Positions 19,382 to 28,787 of a stretch of DNA of 64,000 nt are shown piece by piece. The stretch covers positions 170,009 to 234,008 of the IMG/VR virus record IMGVR_UViG_3300033153_007973. One strand, written 5' to 3'. A program made the position numbers and the translations under genes. The stretch's first letter is position 1; the number at the start of each line of letters is the position of its first letter. Under the pieces are notes generated by a model. It did not search any database and was not told the origin of the DNA. It worked only from the letters and a program-made list of their open reading frames with translations.

Positions 19382-19477
19382 TCCACTTCCTAAGAGGACA
19401 GCCACGATGCAGACTGAGAGGGTATCCGCATCGTGTTGTCCAAATGCTCGGTCAGGAGCACCTCACAAGGAGGCTTA

Positions 19478-21973
19478 TTAAGACCAGTCTCCGTTACTCT
19501 GTTGTTCCCTGGTTCTGATCTCTTTCTGTTCATCCAGGGACAGTTCTGTCATCTGGTTCATCACAGGGTTGAACTTCTGGAGTATACTACCCTTGAAATA
19601 CCCCAGCTTGTTCTTCTGAATGTCTGCATCAAGGTAAGGATATGTCCTTCCTGATGAACCATCATTCCAGGAGTACTTAGTGCCCTTTTCTCCCTTGGCT
19701 TGTAGATCATTCCATATAACCACACCTAAGTCAAGCAAATATTCTATTCTTATTGTCTCTGAAATACTGTTCAGAGTGGGCTTCCGATTGCCAGTTCTCT
19801 CAGATTTGTTCATCTCTAGCACACTAAAGACGGGCATATCATACTTGGTAGCCAGTCTCTTCAGCTGTTGAGCAGTATCCATAACGTTAGCGCGTGCGTC
19901 TCCTCCGTACGATGTAACATCCATGAAGCTATGCAGACTATCTACGAACAGCACCATTTGCCTACCGGAGAGTTCCTTCTTGTTATGGAAGACTTCAACA
20001 AGCCTCTTGATATCTACGATAGAGACAACCTCACTAGAGTCTTTTACAATGACTCTTCCATACATCTTGTTCTTCCATTGAAGCTCACCAAGTGCCATCC
20101 TTCTCATGTTGTCGAAGCCTTGTGCAACCTTCTTCAGTGATTCCTCCCTGATTTCAGGTATGGTTATGCTTCCTGGATACTTTACGTTGTTAATCGGCAT
20201 GCTCATCATGTTAGCTATAATAGCAGGAATAGTTGCTGTACTTGGATCATCAAGACTACAGTATATAATGAACGTGTCTGGATTGTTGGCTGCGATTCCT
20301 ATTGCTAAATTCCTGGTGAATGCGCTCTTTCCATGATTTGGATATCCTGCCATACCTATCAGAGCGGCTCCCTTTGGAATTTGAATATACTTATCAAATC
20401 TAGCCATCCCTGTCTTCAACATCTGGAAGCGGGCATTAACAGTAGCCTTCTCCAGTTCCTCAAGCTGCTGTGTATAATCTCTGTCATCTCCAGTAATACT
20501 ATGCTTCGTGAATGTAAAGAGTTGACTTTGTGCTTTCTCTAGCAAAAGGATTCTGTCGTTGAGCTTCATTCGTTTGCCATCGGAGATCATTTGGCTCCAG
20601 CAACTGTCTGCCTTCCCTGCAATATTATCATCTTCGACTGTTCGGATCCATTCGAATTGATCCCACATCTCAGCAAAGGGTTTTTCCAGTACATCTGATA
20701 ATTGTTGGATAGCTCGACGTCTTAGCATAGGTTGCTTCGTGTAACCTGTGAGCCATCTCATGAAATTATTGATCTTTTCGTCTTCGTCACCCAGTGGATC
20801 TTTGTTGGCAACGAATGTATTATGAATAATATACTCTGGTAGAGAGTATCTATCCAGTTTCTTGAATGCTTCGATACCCTTTGTCCGAATCATGGAATCA
20901 GGATCATCTTCTCCTGGAGGGAGGATGATCAAGTCAAGGGATATAGCCCTGTTATTCTTGAAGATCTTTTCGACTGTACCTAGCATCTTGTTCTGTCCTG
21001 TCTCATCACTGTCCAGACATAAGATGATCTTTCTGACTTCATTAGAGATCATAACAGTTAGATGGTCATCACTGAATGATACACCACCTAGTGCTGCGGA
21101 GTTTTTCAGTCCGTGCTTGTGTGCAGTTATTGCATCTGTGTATCCTTCGAAGATGTATAGTTCTCCGTTAGTTCTAGTATATTCTAAGGCTCTGTCCAGT
21201 AGGTACATAGCTGCGGACTTCTTGTATGCTTTGGTGTTATTAGTATTCAGATACTTCGGAGCTATGTTTCCAGTAATGTTTTTGTTTGCTTTCTTCTCCT
21301 CGAATAACATATCTCGACCAGCAAATCCAATCGGAGCCCCGGCTTCATCACATACTCCGAACAGTAGTCTATCTTGATGAAAGAGCTGTTTAGCAAGGCT
21401 GGATCTCGCATCGTTGGGACCGTATCCGGCACCCGCGGCTTCAATCTGTTCTTCGCTATGTGTCTTCCTGAGATGAGTATATAGTTCTCCATAGTTAACG
21501 TTGCCTATCAGATATAGCTTGGAGTCTTCTAGAGTCATGTTCCTCTGTCCTAGATATCTCTCAAGTCTCTCTGTCTTCTTGATCATATACTGGACAATAG
21601 CTTCGTTGACTTTTACTGCAGCTATCTTCTTCTTGAAGCGATCATCCAACATTGTATCATCGAAGTGAATTCCCAGGTCCTTACATAGTATGGGAATCGT
21701 CTTAGTAACGAATGCGCTACCCCTAATTGGTAGTCCATCTACGACGTTAGCCATATTAAAGATGTCATATCCTAGTCCACAACCATGACATAGAAATCTA
21801 TACTCAGGTCCGTCTCTCCAAAACGATGCCGAAGCCGCTCTGTCACCATGTTTATGAGCATTACTATTTGGGCAGCGGAAATTTTGACCGGTTGATCTTT
21901 TGACCCCTTTAAGCTCCATGTATTCAAGGAGCTTAGATTTAAGTTCTGTTTTCAGTCTTTCTATCTCAGTCAT
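19478..21973 (-). CDS. DnaG-type primase / DnaB-like SF4 helicase fusion
   Basis: Zn-binding 'CPN...H...CHGC'; 'KYLNT'; Toprim 'IFEGYTD...CLDSDETG', 'DDPD'; Walker A 'GYPNHGKS'; 'LFVDSL'; 'LDLGVVI'. Confidence 0.9.
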   Translation of the reverse strand: MTEIERLKTELKSKLLEYMELKGVKRSTGQNFRCPNSNAHKHGDRAASASFWRDGPEYRFLCHGCGLGYDIFNMANVVDGLPIRGSAFVTKTIPILCKDLGIHFDDTMLDDRFKKKIAAVKVNEAIVQYMIKKTERLERYLGQRNMTLEDSKLYLIGNVNYGELYTHLRKTHSEEQIEAAGAGYGPNDARSSLAKQLFHQDRLLFGVCDEAGAPIGFAGRDMLFEEKKANKNITGNIAPKYLNTNNTKAYKKSAAMYLLDRALEYTRTNGELYIFEGYTDAITAHKHGLKNSAALGGVSFSDDHLTVMISNEVRKIILCLDSDETGQNKMLGTVEKIFKNNRAISLDLIILPPGEDDPDSMIRTKGIEAFKKLDRYSLPEYIIHNTFVANKDPLGDEDEKINNFMRWLTGYTKQPMLRRRAIQQLSDVLEKPFAEMWDQFEWIRTVEDDNIAGKADSCWSQMISDGKRMKLNDRILLLEKAQSQLFTFTKHSITGDDRDYTQQLEELEKATVNARFQMLKTGMARFDKYIQIPKGAALIGMAGYPNHGKSAFTRNLAIGIAANNPDTFIIYCSLDDPSTATIPAIIANMMSMPINNVKYPGSITIPEIREESLKKVAQGFDNMRRMALGELQWKNKMYGRVIVKDSSEVVSIVDIKRLVEVFHNKKELSGRQMVLFVDSLHSFMDVTSYGGDARANVMDTAQQLKRLATKYDMPVFSVLEMNKSERTGNRKPTLNSISETIRIEYLLDLGVVIWNDLQAKGEKGTKYSWNDGSSGRTYPYLDADIQKNKLGYFKGSILQKFNPVMNQMTELSLDEQKEIRTREQQSNGDWS

Positions 21974-23436
21974 CCTGCATATCCTCTTTCATAGTAATAT
22001 GGTGAGCGCCATTCTGATATCTCCATCCTCTTCTTGTGCCACTTATACTCCAGACTTCTGCACTTATCATAGATATGTCTGAGATATCCGGGAAGGAACT
22101 TCTTTCCGATTCTTAGCTTGTAAATTATGTTCATTTCTTGTTTTATCTTGTCGATATTATTAACTGTATTATTTGTTTCACATCCTACCACCTTGGTTTC
22201 TCTTAACATCACAGCTGATTCTATAATCGAACCGATTAAAGCCATCATGTATACATTGTCTGCATAGTTAAAGTATCTGGTATCTGGACATATGAAACCA
22301 ACACAATGGCTGCACTTCGCCTGTTTTTTGGCTTCCTTTGAGTCATGGAGAAATGATACATCATTACTCGCATATTCTTTAACTAATCTTTCCATTGATG
22401 GTAAAGCAGCACCAAATATCCCAGTTGGTAGGATAACAATTGGAAAGAATGGTCTTGGTAAAATTGAACCCATTGCTAACATTCTGCGTGAGAACATCTC
22501 TGCCTCATCTGATGATCTATACCCACTGTCAGGCTTTGGAGGTCTATCGATTATCTGTCTTGTGTCTCTAGCAATATGCTTACAGTATGGAACTTTATAT
22601 ATCCATGATGGTATGGTTTGATGGTCTATCTCCTTGTTTGAGAGTGTGTGTTGCAATGTGTCCAGATTTGATAGAAGAATCGAGTTCCGACTGCTGTTAG
22701 GTTGACATACAAAATCGACCTTGGGAAAGAATCCTTTGTTTACTGCAGTTACAATTGCTTGACCTGCACTAGTGACCATTGCTTCACATACTGTGCTAAT
22801 CTTTCTATTATATCGTGTTGGATCTAGCAGTGATGTTATTAAAGCTTCTTGCATATGTTTCTTTTCGTGTGCAATGAAGAATCCAGAAAGACATTTCTTA
22901 AAGTTAGGCCTCCAGTCGCTTTGTAACCTGCTTGGTAAGTATGAAGATGCAATATTCTCCTCGTGTGTATCGATAAAGCTGCTATCTCCTGTAGTAAATC
23001 GTCTGTATCTTATGCCTCGATTACCTTGTCTCACGGGGTACTGGATTGACAAAGACTGAGATGACATCATTATTCCATGTAGGTGATCTTGTGTGTATTG
23101 TGATGATACTTGGTGAACACTATCTGATACATGAGTTCTCATTGGTCTCATAATGGGTATGATTCTGGAGCTATCTGCCAAGTTATTCATTTCTTCTGTA
23201 TTATTTGCAGCGAATTCACAGAGTCTTTGTCGATCTACAGTGCCGAAATCATTTGCTTCTATGGGAGCGATAGATCGAAATGTATTATATCCATGATATA
23301 GATATGATCGAAGTGTAGATTCTATATTACATCTTGATTGATTATACGTTGCTAACTCAAGAACTCGTACATCCTCCGTCGTGTGTTCTTCTCTTGGAGT
23401 AGCAAGAAGTGGTATAGAAACTGTTTTTATCTTCAT
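21970..23436 (-). CDS. hypothetical protein (488 aa)
   Basis: Long ORF coupled by ATGA overlaps on both sides; no motif recognised. Confidence 0.6.
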   Translation of the reverse strand: MKIKTVSIPLLATPREEHTTEDVRVLELATYNQSRCNIESTLRSYLYHGYNTFRSIAPIEANDFGTVDRQRLCEFAANNTEEMNNLADSSRIIPIMRPMRTHVSDSVHQVSSQYTQDHLHGIMMSSQSLSIQYPVRQGNRGIRYRRFTTGDSSFIDTHEENIASSYLPSRLQSDWRPNFKKCLSGFFIAHEKKHMQEALITSLLDPTRYNRKISTVCEAMVTSAGQAIVTAVNKGFFPKVDFVCQPNSSRNSILLSNLDTLQHTLSNKEIDHQTIPSWIYKVPYCKHIARDTRQIIDRPPKPDSGYRSSDEAEMFSRRMLAMGSILPRPFFPIVILPTGIFGAALPSMERLVKEYASNDVSFLHDSKEAKKQAKCSHCVGFICPDTRYFNYADNVYMMALIGSIIESAVMLRETKVVGCETNNTVNNIDKIKQEMNIIYKLRIGKKFLPGYLRHIYDKCRSLEYKWHKKRMEISEWRSPYYYERGYAG

Positions 23437-26400
23437 GTAGAACCTCTCTCATCTGCCTTCCTGATAACCAACTGTAGGAAGTCTCTGTATGATATGTGTT
23501 TTGTCTCCTCGACTGATACGTCTTTGTCTTTCAGATATTTGTCGATCGTCTTTCTCTTTGAGGAGATAACTTCGAATTTATATTGATCAATCATAAACCT
23601 GTTGAATATTACATAGACCTCTGGGTTACCTGTCTGATCGGGCCTCAGGATTCTTCCGATAGCTTGTTCATAGAACGCTGGTGACCATGGAATATCTGAC
23701 ATGATAACAACATCAGCTTGTTCCAAATTGAAGCTCTTTCCAAGGATTCCTATGTTACCAACAGCTACACTATTTGGAGTCTTTCTGAAGTTCTCGATGA
23801 CTTTATATCTTGCTGAAGGTGTCATCTTATTTGAAAGCAAGAAAGTACTCGCTCCACTGTTCTTGAATAGATTACTAAGATCTATACTGGCTTCTGTGAA
23901 TCCTGTAAAGACTAGTACACTTCTTCCCTCACTGAGTTTGTCAATGACCAGGTCTCTTGTTACTAATTGCTTAGCTGTTGGTGTGTTCTGCCATGTTGGA
24001 TCAAGAAGTTTTGGACACTCAGAGATTTTCATCATGGCGATTAGTCGTGCTAAGCTTTTGCTTTCATCTCTGACGAATTCTCTTGAGCCATCTAGAATAG
24101 ACAGATATTGTTCGAACTGTGTATTGTTTGGTTCCGCGACAACTTTCATCTCTTTCACATTGAAACGAAACATATCGTTCTTTACCAATCCTTCATTCTC
24201 TCTGGCGACCTTGACAACCAAGTTTCGGACATAGTCCTTTGTGAATTCAGGATCTGAGCTCATCTTATCATTGATTTTTGCAAGCCTCATATTTGTTGTT
24301 GATATATTATGAACAATCTTGTATGTTGGTTCTCCCTTTTTGTCCTCTCCGAGCCTGGCTACTACCTTCTTATTTTTCCGTCTGATCTCTGTTCCTATGT
24401 GGGATATCGGAGTGGCATCGACCTTGGATACACAGCTCTTGCTACCATATCCGATCACTGCATATGTAGCTAGCTCAGCCATCTTATTAGTAATGACTGT
24501 ACCACTCATGAACATGGAGCGAGCTGGTCTTAGTCTGATCGCTGACTTTGACTTCAAAGATGTAGGAGATTTAACGTTTTGACAATTTTTGACGAGTAAT
24601 CCGTTAGCTACATAGTTGTGATTATCTCCTACGTCGATGTTGAACACTCTTTGATCTTGCTGAGGACTGTATCCAGATTTTCCATTACTTCTTTGTTCCA
24701 GAATCGTAACATTTTCCACCCTAGCATAAGCAATACGGATTCTTTCCTTTTGTCGAGATACTTCCATTTCTTTGTCTTGTGAGATTCTCCGTCTACTTCG
24801 ATTGCTATCTTCTTGTCGGGAATTGCTAGGTCGACTGCATACTTTGTCGGAAGACAGAGATCTGGTCTCTTCCTTCTGAGATTCTTTAGACCGATCTGAA
24901 ATTCCATTGGGTATCCTGTTGCTTTGTGAAGCTTCAGTTGTGGCACAGTTAACTTCCCGTTTCCTCCTCTGGAGAGAAACGTGGGGTTCTTTTTCCATCT
25001 CTTCTTTGTGCCAGCAATAGCTTTCCTCTGAAATTCTGGGTCTGCGTTCATTCGTTTCATTCGTTCTGATTGTGCTTTGAATCCAGTCTTTCGTAGAGCA
25101 GCAGTTGCTTTCTTCTTGTATTTCTTTTGTATAATGTGGAATCTCTTTTGTTGTTTTGGTTGACTGCATCGCCATTTTGCAGAACATTGCTTTCCGCAGA
25201 ATCGTGTGTTCTTGCTCTTTCTCGTTAGTCCGGTACCTAGGCTGAAGTCTTTCCCACACCACTTGCAGGTTTTTGTTATCATCTTTACACGGCGAAGAAT
25301 TCCTGCACACTTCGTACTGCAGCATTTTTGTTGTCTTGTTGATTTTGGTCTGTAATATGTGAACGTTGTTCCACATGAAGCACACTGTCTCGTTTCGTAG
25401 TTCCTTTGCCTTGACATAGCCTTTCTCCTTTGTCCAGATTTTATGGTCTGGAGTACATATGATGCTATGTCCATTATTATATTCTACTTTGACGAGGTTG
25501 TCAACATATGGCTTATGAAAATAATGTACTACGGGTTTGTATTCCCAGTTGTTAGTTTCTAAGTTCTTTGATAATGCGAGTACATCTTCTCTGTTCGTGA
25601 CAATGTCTCCAATCTTTCTTAGCCCTTTGTTTGTCATAATTTCAGTGTCATATGTGAAACACTCATCAAAGATTACCAGATCAAATAGTCCTCGTAGATC
25701 ATCACCTGTAGTATGTATCTTGTATAGGCTCTTCTGTTTCTTATCTTCATTGGACCGTCGACTCTTTATCTTTGTCTCAGCACCTAAGATCGAGTACCCG
25801 ATTAAGGTTATGGGTGTGGCATTTTCCTTGGCGAGTGGGATGTCTGTCAGCTTCTTGATGATGAAAGGTTTCTCCATCTTCAGTTTATCCATCTCTCTTA
25901 TGAATTCATTGAGAGCACCGGGTTCTACGCATACTAGTGTCCTCTTCACACCGAGTGCAAGATGGAGTCCGATTGCGATCCGAGTTTTGCCTAGGCCTAC
26001 ATCACATTGTAGTACTGAAGCCTTCTTTCTCATGGCCATAGCAATTGAATACTTCTGATGCCACTGCAGCTCTAGCTTGTGTATCTTGTTGATCTTTTCG
26101 ATCTGTCCCATGTGTGTTCTGAACAAGTCATCTTTCTCTACTTGAGCAGGTGGAGGGGACATCCATTTCTTGATGTTCCTTACTGCTTTAATAATAGTAG
26201 TCTTAGTGCTATCGTCAACGTCGAAGCCTTCTTTTTCCAAGATTCCTAGTAATAGCTCAATTCTCAGAACGGAGCCCTCAAACTTTGCTAGCTCTATTTC
26301 GAATTCATATGCAACAATGTTCACATCACATGCATCTAGTCTTTTGCGAGTGTTTCGAGCACTATTAGATTCAGGATCATCTTCCTCTGTTGTACCTTGA

Positions 26401-27185
26401 ATATTTACTGGATCAATATCTGATAGGATATGATCATTTACGACCGCAGGAAGACCATAATTGGTGGATCCGTCTAGTGCTTGACTCAATCCCTCGTTTC
26501 TTTGTTGGAATTGGTATCTATATACGTTTCCAATATATCTTCCTTGTCGACCCTCAATTGGAAAGATTCTGTTCTGAACCAAGAGAACAATTGATGATAT
26601 AAGATCCATTGGCAGAGATGTTATCTGTGCATGTTCTCTGGGTAGCCCAGGATGTAGATGTAGATTAAATGGGAATCTGATACGAAGTGTTCGTCCAGAG
26701 ACGATAGAGACTATCTTAGATTCAGCATCTATAGCAGGTTTCTTTGTGAAATATAAATAGTCGATAATCTTTCTGTTCTTGACCAGGACAACTACGCTAT
26801 TAAAAAGCTGCGGACACTTAGTCTTCGTCTTTATGCCCTTCTTAGCAGCTTTGAAATCATCTTCGTTATCGATAATGATGATAGCGTTATTGACCCGTAT
26901 CTTCTGGTCAAGTAGGTTAATCGCATTGACTCTCTCGAAATTAATATGCTTACTGAGAATCATGTCGATTCCATCTGCCGATTTTCCCACAAGGACTAGA
27001 TGATATTTTCTTGATGCGGGACCCTTAGCTTTTCGTGTAAATCCAAGATCAGTTAGATAGCTTGTAAGAGTATCCTCTTCTCGTTTAGCTTTGAGATGTT
27101 CAAGGTTATCATCAAACTCTTTAATGTCACTATCTACAGACGCTAACAGATCGTCTACAGATATAAGATCTAGATCATCTGGCAT
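23433..27185 (-). CDS. SNF2-family helicase containing one intein
   Basis: Motif I 'DVGLGKT'; motif II 'VIFDE|CQ' split by the intein; 'MSGTVITN'; C-terminal 'KSFNLEQADVVI...QAIGRILRPDQ'. Confidence 0.9.
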   Translation of the reverse strand: MPDDLDLISVDDLLASVDSDIKEFDDNLEHLKAKREEDTLTSYLTDLGFTRKAKGPASRKYHLVLVGKSADGIDMILSKHINFERVNAINLLDQKIRVNNAIIIIDNEDDFKAAKKGIKTKTKCPQLFNSVVVLVKNRKIIDYLYFTKKPAIDAESKIVSIVSGRTLRIRFPFNLHLHPGLPREHAQITSLPMDLISSIVLLVQNRIFPIEGRQGRYIGNVYRYQFQQRNEGLSQALDGSTNYGLPAVVNDHILSDIDPVNIQGTTEEDDPESNSARNTRKRLDACDVNIVAYEFEIELAKFEGSVLRIELLLGILEKEGFDVDDSTKTTIIKAVRNIKKWMSPPPAQVEKDDLFRTHMGQIEKINKIHKLELQWHQKYSIAMAMRKKASVLQCDVGLGKTRIAIGLHLALGVKRTLVCVEPGALNEFIREMDKLKMEKPFIIKKLTDIPLAKENATPITLIGYSILGAETKIKSRRSNEDKKQKSLYKIHTTGDDLRGLFDLVIFDECFTYDTEIMTNKGLRKIGDIVTNREDVLALSKNLETNNWEYKPVVHYFHKPYVDNLVKVEYNNGHSIICTPDHKIWTKEKGYVKAKELRNETVCFMWNNVHILQTKINKTTKMLQYEVCRNSSPCKDDNKNLQVVWERLQPRYRTNEKEQEHTILRKAMFCKMAMQSTKTTKEIPHYTKEIQEESNCCSTKDWIQSTIRTNETNERRPRISEESYCWHKEEMEKEPHVSLQRRKREVNCATTEASQSNRIPNGISDRSKESQKEETRSLSSDKVCSRPSNSRQEDSNRSRRRISQDKEMEVSRQKERIRIAYARVENVTILEQRSNGKSGYSPQQDQRVFNIDVGDNHNYVANGLLVKNCQNVKSPTSLKSKSAIRLRPARSMFMSGTVITNKMAELATYAVIGYGSKSCVSKVDATPISHIGTEIRRKNKKVVARLGEDKKGEPTYKIVHNISTTNMRLAKINDKMSSDPEFTKDYVRNLVVKVARENEGLVKNDMFRFNVKEMKVVAEPNNTQFEQYLSILDGSREFVRDESKSLARLIAMMKISECPKLLDPTWQNTPTAKQLVTRDLVIDKLSEGRSVLVFTGFTEASIDLSNLFKNSGASTFLLSNKMTPSARYKVIENFRKTPNSVAVGNIGILGKSFNLEQADVVIMSDIPWSPAFYEQAIGRILRPDQTGNPEVYVIFNRFMIDQYKFEVISSKRKTIDKYLKDKDVSVEETKHISYRDFLQLVIRKADERGST
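24585..25661 (-). mobile_element. intein (359 aa) inserted at DE^CQ of helicase motif II
   Basis: Block A 'CFTYDTEIMT..G..KIGDI'; block B 'ICTPDHKI'; block F 'VFNIDV..NHNYVANG'; block G 'LVKN' followed by Cys+1. Confidence 0.92.
24629..25417 (-). CDS. Vsr/DUF559-like (EDxHD-type) endonuclease with Zn-finger repeats, nested in the +1 frame of the intein
   Basis: SD AAGGAG 7 nt before ATG 25417; 'CASC..CCSTKC', 'CKWC..FCGKQC'; 'YAVDLAI...IAIEVDGESH...DKRKESVLLMLGWKMLRFWN'. Confidence 0.85.
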   Translation of the reverse strand: MSRQRNYETRQCASCGTTFTYYRPKSTRQQKCCSTKCAGILRRVKMITKTCKWCGKDFSLGTGLTRKSKNTRFCGKQCSAKWRCSQPKQQKRFHIIQKKYKKKATAALRKTGFKAQSERMKRMNADPEFQRKAIAGTKKRWKKNPTFLSRGGNGKLTVPQLKLHKATGYPMEFQIGLKNLRRKRPDLCLPTKYAVDLAIPDKKIAIEVDGESHKTKKWKYLDKRKESVLLMLGWKMLRFWNKEVMENLDTVLSKIKECSTST

Positions 27186-27217
27186 TTTATCTCCTCTTGT
27201 GGTATCCTGACCGAATA

Positions 27218-28057
27218 CTACTGTTTCTTTCTTGCAACGGAATCATTGATGAACTTAGCGAACTTCGTTACTTTTTCATCTTGTGTTCCATTTTCATCAT
27301 CAACTTTCATGAATGCATATTGACCTTTGGAAGCAGGGAAACAGGTTTTTAGGTAATCACTTAAGTCATCCTTACCAAGACCATGCTTCTCTCTTAAAAG
27401 CTTGATTTTCTCAGAGTTGATTTCAGACATGGATGGACCTGTCTTTGCTGGTGCTGATTCATCAATAGGTTCGGGATCATTTTGAGGCAAAGTATCATCT
27501 GGACCATGCCATAGATAAATACCAAAGCCATAATTGTTCGATGCTTTCCGTATGGCATTAGCAAGAGCTGTCTTGGTCATCTTATCAGAGTCCAAATTCC
27601 TTTGACCGCTATTTGTTCCGCTACCAGTACCTGGGCGTCGGCAAATCTCAGTACCTTCATTGTCTCTAAGAACTAAGTCAAGAGATACAAATGCTGCACT
27701 TTCTGTGACATGAATTCTTTCCTTCCTCGGAAAGTTCTTTACTTTGCCATTCTGCTGCTCAAGTTTCATCCAGTCCAGCTTTCCATTCTCAAGTCTAACT
27801 TCCTGCATGTATGAGAAGGATACGTCTTTCATGGTCTGTTCTAAGTTTTCGACAGACCAATGAGTGCCGAAACGTTTATCGAATTCTTCAATCGTGACCC
27901 AGATTGGGATATATGTGAGCTCTATATCTTCCATCTTCCTGGTGTCTTTGTTGTATTGCTTAACCTTCCTGGATTGCGTTCTCTCCTTTGGAAGCGGATC
28001 TGACAGTCCAGCAACTGCATCCATGATTTGTTCTCGATTCATTGATTTATTCTCCAT
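27218..28057 (-). CDS. Rad52/Sak-like single-strand annealing protein
   Basis: 'FDKRFGTHWSVE', 'GTGSG', 'KTALANAIRKASNNYGFGIYLW'; SD GGAGG before 28057. Confidence 0.8.
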   Translation of the reverse strand: MENKSMNREQIMDAVAGLSDPLPKERTQSRKVKQYNKDTRKMEDIELTYIPIWVTIEEFDKRFGTHWSVENLEQTMKDVSFSYMQEVRLENGKLDWMKLEQQNGKVKNFPRKERIHVTESAAFVSLDLVLRDNEGTEICRRPGTGSGTNSGQRNLDSDKMTKTALANAIRKASNNYGFGIYLWHGPDDTLPQNDPEPIDESAPAKTGPSMSEINSEKIKLLREKHGLGKDDLSDYLKTCFPASKGQYAFMKVDDENGTQDEKVTKFAKFINDSVARKKQ

Positions 28058-28058
28058 C

Positions 28059-28772
28059 TTATCCTCCTCTAATATGAGTGTCCGCATGAACACTACTTGC
28101 TATCTCCAGAAATGGGAGCAGTGCACCCTCTGGTGTTGATTGAATATTATCGCCCTCTACTTGCTGATATGGCTGTAGATAGTAAGGGACTTCGTCTGGT
28201 ATTAGTCTTGCAATTGCTCTGATGATCCTCTCGTTCACATAAAGAGGATGACATGTTGTTCTGATCTCGTACTGGAAATCTAACGATGTACGATAGTTTT
28301 CCATTACATCTAAGCTAGATATGATTTGCTTCCAGTGTTTGGCTTCATATCCTTTTCGATTTTGTCCTGCTTGTGGATATGTCTTGATATCCATTGCGAC
28401 ATAATCGATGTGAAGTCTGGTTATCACATATGATAATCTGTCAGCATATGTACCATTTGTATCTAGCTTAACCATTAAGCCAAGTTTGTGTGCCTCCAAT
28501 GCAATGGTTTGAATCTCATTGAATGATGAGCATGGGGGTTCACCGTGTAATGGTTCACCCCCGGTTATCACAACTGCATCGATAAGATCTTTGCTCTTTC
28601 TCATCCGGTGTATTACTCTTCTCATTTCTATTGATTCCACAACTTGTGGCATTCTTGCGAGTGCCATGTTGTGACAGTATGTACATTTTAGGTTGCATCC
28701 CTTCATGAAGATCACCATAGCTGGTAAGCTAGGGTAATCAACAAGAGAGAGGTTTGTTATTGCTCCTACCAT
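28059..28772 (-). CDS. nrdG: anaerobic ribonucleotide reductase activating radical SAM protein
   Basis: 'GCNLKCTYCHN', 'VVITGGEP', 'KLDTNG', 'DYVAMDIK'; adjacent to nrdD. Confidence 0.9.
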   Translation of the reverse strand: MVGAITNLSLVDYPSLPAMVIFMKGCNLKCTYCHNMALARMPQVVESIEMRRVIHRMRKSKDLIDAVVITGGEPLHGEPPCSSFNEIQTIALEAHKLGLMVKLDTNGTYADRLSYVITRLHIDYVAMDIKTYPQAGQNRKGYEAKHWKQIISSLDVMENYRTSLDFQYEIRTTCHPLYVNERIIRAIARLIPDEVPYYLQPYQQVEGDNIQSTPEGALLPFLEIASSVHADTHIRGG

Positions 28773-28787
28773 GGATTACTCCTTCAA

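Noticed and set aside
24629-25417. Double sequencing frameshift as the explanation for the nested nuclease
   Set aside because: It would not explain the stop-free intein frame or the correctly spaced SD+ATG; should still be checked with reads.
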